From Octopus bimaculoides (lineage: Eukaryota): 64,000 bases of DNA. The stretch lies in contig NC_068981.1 of assembly GCF_001194135.2 (NCBI RefSeq), positions 15,101,243-15,165,242 of the forward strand. The letters run 5' to 3'. Shown here piece after piece: positions 55,388 to 64,000 of the stretch. Under the pieces are notes generated by a model, which worked only from the letters and a program-made list of their open reading frames with translations, made no database searches and was not told where the DNA came from. Position 1 is the first letter of the stretch. Each line of letters begins with the position of its first letter. The translations under genes were made by a program, and so were the position numbers.

Positions 55388-56294
55388 ATATGTATATATA
55401 TATATCTATATATATATATATATAAATAAATTAGAGAGTGGAAGACTGGCAGAGTGGAAAAAATGAAGTGATAGAGTATATATTTTGATATGTAATCTTC
55501 AGTTTTAATGCTGTCTGTGTATATGTTTTTCTGTGTGCTTGCGTCTTTGTGTGGGTGTGTATATATGTGTGTGTGTGTGTTCGTGTGTGTGTGTGTGTGT
55601 GTTTGTGTGTGTTTGTGTTTTGGGATTCGTCTAATTTGATTTTCGATCACATACGCATATATTTTCTACATGATGCAGAATACAAATATTTAATTGCTCT
55701 ATGCGTAAAACACATTACGTGACTAAGAGATATTGCTGCTGCCCTGTGATCCATATTTTTACAACGTATTAATGGACATTTGATAAGGAGCTATCCAGAT
55801 TTAGGCTGATTTTCATATGTCTGCACGGAAATTGCATTTCGCAAGATTTGTGCAACATAGCAATTTCATGTTGTTTAGCCTGATGTTTTGATTTAGCGTT
55901 AAACAGGTGCAGTGATTAGACATGTTAAATGTATACTTAATGAAAGCAGTTTCTGTAAAGAAAGGAAATGTGGTAATTGACGACATGCGACTGGGTTTGA
56001 TCTGCACGAAAGTATTAGTATGAGGATGATGATGATGATGCTGTGTGAGTTTCCCCTCACTTATTGAATTTGCAATCTGCTGCATTGCTAATATGAATAC
56101 TAAGGAACTATGTTGACAAATGCGAAATATCCGAAACATAGGAAGCTACTTGTGTCCATCTAATGCTGTACATTGCTGACGTACAAGATTTATAGTTATA
56201 CGCATATGTGTGTGTGTTGTGTGTGCGTATATATATATGGGCGTGCGGGTGAGGGGTGAGGATGTGTGTGTGTATGTGTGTGTGTATGTGTGTG

Positions 56295-56343
<49 letters not shown>

Positions 56344-56516
56344 ATGAGGGTGTGCATATAATTAAATCATAAATATATGAGCTTGTGGATTAACAGCTTT
56401 ATTAATAGTTTAGCATGGAAACCAAACAAACGATTATACATGCTGATTTCATGAAACTATAAAGAACCTTTTGACTAAATATATGCATATATATATAGAT
56501 ATATAGATATATAGAT

Positions 56517-56589
<73 letters not shown>

Positions 56590-56627
56590 TAGATATAGAT
56601 ATAGATATATACATATATGTATACATA

Positions 56628-57117
56628 GGCGTAGGAGTGGCTGTGTGGTAATTAGCTTGCTTGCGAACCACATGGTTGCAGGTTCAGTCCCACTGCGCGG
56701 CATCATGGGCAAGTGTCTTCTACTATAGCCTCGGGCCGACCAAAGCCTTGTGAGTGGATTNNNNNNNNNNTCAGTCCCACTGCGCGGCATCATGGGCAAG
56801 TGTCTTCTACTATAGCCTCGGGCCGACCAAAGCCTTGTGAGTGGATTTGGTAGACGGAAACTGGAAGAAGCCCGTCGTATATATGAATATACATATATGT
56901 ATGTGTGTGTGTATTTGTGTGTTTGTCCCCCCAACATCGCTTGACAACCGATGCTGGTGTGTTTATGTCCCCGTAACTTAGCGGTTCGGCAGAAGAGATC
57001 GATAGAATAAGTGCTAGGCTTCTAAAGAATAAGTCCTGGGGTCAATTTGCTCGACTAAAAGGCGGTGCTCCAGCATGGCCACAGTCAAATGACTGAAACA
57101 AGTAAAAGAGTAAAAGA

Positions 57118-57120
<3 letters not shown>
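56628..57120 (+). mobile_element. SINE family A, full length (76 bp duplicated across a 10-N gap)
   Basis: ggcgtaggagtggctgtgtggt... through gaaacaagtaaaagagtaaaagagta. Confidence 0.92.
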
Positions 57121-57167
<47 letters not shown>

Positions 57168-57218
57168 TTATATATATGTGTGTGCGTGCGTGTGTGCGTA
57201 TATGTTTGTTTATCGCTG

Positions 57219-57401
57219 CAACATCGCTTGACAACCGATTCTGGTGAGTTGACGTCCCCGTAAACTAGCAGTTCGGCAAAAGATAGAATAAGTACTAGGC
57301 TTACAAAAAATAAGTCCTGGGCTCGATTTGTTCGACAAAAAGATGGTGCTCCAGCATGGCCACAGTCAAATGACTGTAACAAGCAAAGGAGTAAAAGAGT
57401 A
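57219..57401 (+). mobile_element. SINE family A 3' half, in tandem with the preceding copy
   Basis: caacatcgcttgacaaccga...ccagcatggccacagtcaaatgactg. Confidence 0.88.
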
Positions 57402-58457
57402 TATAATACATATATATACAGAGGGAGAGAGAGAAAGAGAGAGACACGCATGCACACACGCAAACACAGGCACTAATAAATGCATGAATGTGCTTATACA
57501 TATAAAAATATAGAGCGAACAGGAATATATCAGAGCAGTCAATGGCACATCTTTAAACAACACAGACACATGGTGATATATTAAATAACAAACAATATAA
57601 ATTATTGATTTATTGTAATTATCTCATCTTCCAGAAAAATGTTGGAAAATCGTTTGGGGAAATTCTAAACCAACACTGAATAGGGATACATAATATATTT
57701 TTGAAGAATTCTTCGTAATTGAGATGCCATTACGTAAAAGCCACTTTGAAGGAGAGTTGGAAGGAAAGAATGAAGGTGGTAAAATAGAGAAATTTTAAGA
57801 GAAGACTTTTAGTGGTATTTCTCTTTGAATCTAATGCAGACAAGTTTTGTTTAAATATGTTGTTAAATAATATAGTTAATTGATTCTAGTATGTAAATGT
57901 CTTGTAATTGCAAATTTTGGTATCAGTAATCATGTTTAAAAGTTGTCAATCAGTAATGAGGAAATAAATACATTACACGGCTATTAGCTGGTATGATAAG
58001 CAAGAGAAACGTAAAGATGTGGCATTTAATTTAGTAAAGCTGTTTGTCGTCGTTTCTCTTCATAGCTAGGTTATAATATTGTAACATGATTTCATATATC
58101 ATTTTTCTAGTTTTGAAAGAAGCGCTCTTACAAAGGATTGAATCGTTTCTTTTCACGAATCCAAAACACAATAATCACAAATTCTTAGTAAATATCTACA
58201 CTTATCAACAAAACATCGTCATATGCAATGTTAAATTGTAAACAGAAAAAGAATACAAATAGTAGGATTCTTTATTGTTAAGCGATCTATATTTTAAAAT
58301 AAAAGTAAAATAACCACGAAAATCATGAATAGTTTGTACTGAAAATATTGAATACTTCAATATATGAAATATCCACTGCTTCTTCTAATTTCTACCATAA
58401 TATTTCCAGATTAATCAAAGATAACATGTGTATGTATATATATATATATATATATAC

Positions 58458-58515
<58 letters not shown>

Positions 58516-59429
58516 NNNNNNNNNNNNNNNNNNNNNNNNNNNNNNNNNNNNNNNNNNNNNNNNNNNNNNNNNNNNNNNNNNNNNNNNNNNNNNNNNNNNN
58601 NNNNNNNNNNNNNNNNNNNNNNNNNNNNNNNNNNNNNNNNNNNNNNNNNNNNNNNNNNNNNNNNNNNNNNNNNNNNNNNNNNNNNNNNTATATATATATA
58701 CATATATATATATATATACACTGATGAATCCACCCTCCGCAAAGCAAGTTTTGACATAAAAAGAACTGATAAATATTTATAATCCATGTTGGAATACTGC
58801 TCTTGCCACTGTAATAGCATGTATTTCCTTTACCTTACTTAGGTAACGTTTACATTCAAAATAGAAACGAGACAAAATCCATAATAAAACGCAATCAAAA
58901 TACAACAAAACTTCTAATGTTGCACTTACCAGCATCTCATTATTTTTTCCAAAATAATTCTTTTCTAAAAACACTCTGAAAGCGTATTTACAGTACGCAT
59001 CTTGAAACAAAATTTCGTAAATAGAGATATAGCACGCGATAGCATCCTTGCATCTAGTAAGCAAAAAAAAATGCATATACTCGCTTCACCTCTAAACCAA
59101 TGTACTTGCTACTTACTGACATGCAATTATGCTCCGGGAACAAGGTAGAAGCAATCAGATTTTATTGGGATTTGTAAATAAAACAGATTGCACTAAGACG
59201 GATTATACTTTCCATAAGGAGGAATTACATTCGAAAAATTTCGCTTCGCCAAAATACCATGCATCAGCAGATATTTTGAAAGAAATTTGTCATTCTTACA
59301 TATTTCAAAAGATAACATATTTTGAAATCATACGTGTACCCAGATAACTACACTTAATCCATACCCTGCTCGATTTAACTCCTTAGATAAATAGCCACAT
59401 GTTTACTAAGTGTACACACACACTTAATG

Positions 59430-61060
59430 AAGCTCGGTAAGTTGTGCTATCCATACACAGACACGCAATAAAATCTAATGATTGAATATTTGCGCAACGC
59501 ACCATTGTCCGAACCTTCTGGCGACTCCAGTCCGACCCCTCCACTTCGCACATAATCCTTAACCGACTCCTCCCCTCCTTCAAACCAGCCCACAACCTAC
59601 GAGATCTCTTGGTACACAGCTTCTTCCCTAACCCAANNNNNNNNNNNNNNNNNNNNNNNNNNNNNNNNNNNNNNNNNNNNNNNNNNNNNNNNNNNNNNNN
59701 NNNNNNNNNNNNNNNNNNNNNNNNNNNNNNNNNNNNNNNNNNNNNNNNNNNNNNNNNNNNNNNNNNNNNNNNNNNNNNNNNNNNNNNNNNNNNNNNNNNN
59801 NNNNNNNNNNNNNNNNNNNNNNNNNNNNNNNNNNNNNNNNNNNNNNNNNNNNNNNNNNNNNNNNNNNNNNNNNNNNNNNNNNNNNNNNNNNNNNNNNNNN
59901 NNNNNNNNNNNNNNNNNNNNNNNNNNNNNNNNNNNNNNNNNNNNNNNNNNNNNNNNNNNNNNNNNNNNNNNNNNNNNNNNNNNNNNNNNNNNNNNNNNNN
60001 NNNNNNNNNNNNNNNNNNNNNNNNNNNNNNNNNNNNNNNNNNNNNNNNNNNNNNNNNNNNNNNNNNNNNNNNNNNNNNNNNNNNNNNNNNNNNNNNNNNN
60101 NNNNNNNNNNNNNNNNNNNNNNNNNNNNNNNNNNNNNNNNNNNNNNNNNNNNNNNNNNNNNNNNNNNNNNNNNNNNNNNNNNNNNNNNNNNNNNNNNNNN
60201 NNNNNNNNNNNNNNNNNNNNNNNNNNNNNNNNNNNNNNNNNNNNNNNNNNNNNNNNNNNNNNNNNNNNNNNNNNNNNNNNNNNNNNNNNNNNNNNNNNNN
60301 NNNNNNNNNNNNNNNNNNNNNNNNNNNNNNNNNNNNNNNNNNNNNNNNNNNNNNNNNNNNNNNNNNNNNNNNNNNNNNNNNNNNNNNNNNNNNNNNNNNN
60401 NNNNNNNNNNNNNNNNTTCCAACCCCATCTTCCCTATCATTCCCATCCCACCCCAACCCATACCTTACAGCCACTCCCACATAGCCCACATCTACGCCAA
60501 CCCTCTGCCTACCCATATACCCCACCTCTACCCACACTTTCAGACATACCCACACCCACCCTTGCTTTCCCCATTCTCAAATCCTCCCAAAATCATCACA
60601 CCACACACCACACACCATTATACCATATCACACAAAACATCATATCACAACACACCACTACAAGCACACCAGCACTGACCAATTCCCAGCCACACATTTT
60701 CACTCCTACACATACGCACACGCACACCTGAAGACCACCAGCCGTCTTCCACATGCACGTACAATCTCTCTCTTATATACAAGCACGCGCACCATCTTTT
60801 TGGGATCACCACCACTTTATTATCTCCCCTTGTACATAGTTCTCCTGTGTGACCTTTCTGTCCGGAATTCGCCACGATAGATCGCTAGCGACTACACATT
60901 CTGTTTTTTTTTTCTCCTTGTTTCTTTCTGTTTCCCTTTCTAATGAAGAGCGTAGCATCGAAACGTTAAAGACTTGTTCACTTCCCGAGCGTTATACTAA
61001 TACATCTGGTTGTTGTCTACACCACGTGTCTTCGTCTTTTGCTTTTTTTGTGAATTCTCC
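59430..61060 (+). mobile_element. Penelope-like element 3' part (gap-interrupted) with terminal repeat and mutated hammerhead
   Basis: RLQSDPSTSHII..SFKPAHNLRDLLVHS linker motif; CUUU-CUAAUGA (G5A)-AGAGCGUAGCAUC-GAAAC-GUU-AAAG at 60936-60971. Confidence 0.75.
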
Positions 61061-61069
61061 CTATATATT

Positions 61070-61127
<58 letters not shown>

Positions 61128-61257
61128 NNNNNNNNNNNNNNNNNNNNNNNNNNNNNNNNNNNNNNNNNNNNNNNNNNNNNNNNNNNNNNNNNNNNNNNNN
61201 NNNNNNNNNNNNNNNNNNNNNNNNNNNNNNNNNNNNNNNNNNNNNNNNNNNNNNNNN

Positions 61258-61346
<89 letters not shown>

Positions 61347-61419
61347 AAGGTTATGAAGTGTATTGGAGTCAACATAATCCTAAGGATACAGGTAATACCG
61401 ACTAAGTGCTGTATATCGA

Positions 61420-63120
61420 CTAGTTTTGCCCCTGTCGTGGTTGCAACATGATTGGGGGATATAACATAGGTCGTGTATTAGCGTGTGTATGTATAAAGAG
61501 AGAAAAGGATAAAGAGAACAATGGCAGAGTTAGAAATATATTTTATGGATAAAGTCTTACAGATGTTTCAGGGAAAATCCAATGTATCCCTTCATCGGAG
61601 ACGGTAATGGTAGAGGAATGAATTATTACATCTATAGGAGGAGATTTGTAGTAAGAAGTGAGAGCGATGCGCTGAAAAAAGAACAAAGAAGAAACAGTAC
61701 TTGGAGTGTAGCTCCATTCCAGCAGTAAACATCCATGTAAAGAATCCTTGTGGGTATTTTCCGGACATAATTGTAGTAACAAAGGAGGATATATATCATA
61801 TCGTATCCGGAGTACTCTGTGCGTTGTTTACGCAAATTTTAGCCCAAATCAAGTGATTTGGGCTATCCGAGCAGAGATAGATAAGATCAAGCACAACTCG
61901 ACAGTAGGTCCCGATAAATTCCTGGCCACGATCCTGAAGATGTGTCGACATCAAATTGCACCCCTTCTAGCTGAGCTCTCGAAAAACTCACTTGATGCAA
62001 GCTACGTTCTTCGCCATTTTCTTTCCCAGTCTTTCATTCCAGTCTTCAACAGGGGAAAGAAATCTCTTGCAGTGAACTACCGTCCAATTTCACTCACTTC
62101 TCATATCATTAAAGTATATGAGAGGGTAGTGAGATCGCTAACAATTCACTTCCTCGAATACAACATTCTGCTGAACCCCAACCACAGCCGTCCTTGATGG
62201 CAGGGACTTCCTCTCGCAGCTTCTGCACCATTTAGATAACATCTTAAAAGCATTGGGAGAGGGCTCCAACACTGACGTCATATACCTTGATTTCAGCAAG
62301 GCATTTCACAGAGTAGACCACACAATCCTTCTGAAGAAACTGTCTATGAAAGCTGCTGCTGTTTCCCTGTTTGAGGGAAGACGATCCAGATCAGGCAAAG
62401 ACAGTAAAGGTGTCCCACAAGTTACTGTGTTGGGCCCACTCCACTTCATTATTTACGTCGATGACATAGTACTTGTCATTAAACAGTCTACATTGAAAAT
62501 CTTTGTAGATGATTCTAAATTCCAGAAGGTCGTAAACGGCATGGGAGACCGAACAAGCCTTCAGTCAGATCTGTGTGCTATTGTCCAATGGACGGGAAAA
62601 ATACAATATGCTTCTAAATGAAGATAAGTTTTATTTGATCCACGAAGCAACTGATTATGGAAGTAAAAGCACTCCAGAGGTCAATAATACTCTCTCCAAC
62701 GCCGCCGGGAGCGCTACATCATTTGCGTTGTGTGCGAAATATTCCATGAATATTGCACAAAATTTGTTGGCATTAATTTTAAAATCCATCCAAGACGTGT
62801 CCCTAGTGCTATCCGCCTACTAAAAAAAAATCGAACTCGGTATACGTAGCAATATTACGTAGCAATTACTTTACCTAAACCGGTCTAGCTCTCTTTAATA
62901 CAACATCAAAATACGTCAAAAGGGACACGGAACCGATAAAATTCAAATGTTCACCGGGCAAATTTGTTCAAAGCATCCCGGACTAACCTCTTACACCTGG
63001 ATATGTCTCCTACAATAATAACTCTTTGCTATAGAGAGCATTGAAGCCCCATATATGACTAAAAGACACCACAAAATGGTGCTAGTAAGTTACAAATCGC
63101 CTGGGCTTATACTAGCCGAA
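61420..63120 (+). mobile_element. Decayed CR1/Jockey-group LINE reverse transcriptase
   Basis: VGPDKF, NYRPISLTSHIIKVYER, DVIYLDFSKAFHRVDH, GVPQVTVLGPLHFIIYVDD, KIFVDDSK; frameshifts and deletions. Edges approximate. Confidence 0.9.
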
Positions 63121-63966
63121 ACCTATCACATTTATCAAAGTTATCAAAGTTATATATACATATATATACATACGCACATATTTATATACATATATATACA
63201 TATATAAATATATACATATATATAAATATACATACATAAATATACGTATATATATAGATGTATATACATATGTATATATATATATATATATACATATGTA
63301 TACATATGTAAAGATGCCCGTGTTAATACTTCGAAAGTATTGGAATGAAGGAAAGTTAATACATCTTTGTTTCCAGAAAGTACAGGTGTTTGCCATAAGT
63401 TAAGGATTAGCTTAGAAATATATATGTTTTTTTATAACAGACTACTCGTGTCCACGTGAAGATATCTATCTCTGTACCTACCTATCTATTTATCTGTCTA
63501 TCTATCTACGTCTCTGAGTGTCTGTCTGTCTGTCTTTCTGTATATATATACATATATATATATGCACAATAAATATATCATATGTACGTATGTATATATA
63601 TATATCCTTATGCATGTATCAGAGTAAAACGAGAGAAGAAATAACACATAAAACACATTAGATAAGCGGACGGTAAATCAAGAAAACTATCAAAGAAGAT
63701 AATGCGTTAAATGCAAAATAATAATGATAATAATAATTAGTATTATTATCATATATATATAAAGAAAGAAGATTTATGAGAATATCTATCCCTTGGATTT
63801 TAGGAATAGGAAGTAGCAAAAAGCAACACAACATAAACGATAGTAAATATACTAAAATACGTCTTCATTTTTTTATATATGTACGTGTGAATGTACATAT
63901 TCTTATATTACCTGTACACACACACACACATACACACACATACACACACGCACACACATACACAGA

Positions 63967-64000
<34 letters not shown>

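Noticed and set aside
56685-56846. Apparent tandem duplication inside a SINE
   Set aside because: Identical 76-bp copies either side of a 10-N gap; typical contig-overlap artefact.
285-63396. Long ORFs rich in YI, HT, CV, SL, RE, N or X
   Set aside because: Translations of dinucleotide/trinucleotide microsatellites and N gaps, not genes.

Overview
AT-rich eukaryotic genomic DNA that looks like octopus (coleoid cephalopod). The call rests on dense (TA)n/(CA)n/(TAGA)n microsatellites beside assembly gaps and on tRNA-derived SINEs recalled as octopus families. No host gene could be identified with confidence; only a few weak exon candidates were seen. Nearly every long ORF in the track is a microsatellite or N-gap artefact. 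The recognisable content is decayed transposons: several Penelope-like element (PLE) fragments, two RTE LINEs, a HERO-type RLE LINE, a CR1-like LINE, mariner, maT-like and Tigger/pogo fragments, MITEs and three SINE families. The most notable theme is about nine hammerhead-ribozyme (HHR) motifs in different architectures, three with an intact catalytic core. They include a TSD-flanked foldback carrying an HHR on each strand, an HHR clamped in a 20-bp perfect inverted repeat upstream of a PLE ORF, and an HHR between direct repeats 351 bp apart (retrozyme-like). Family names are from memory of conserved motifs, not database searches; element boundaries are approximate unless a TSD or TIR is quoted.
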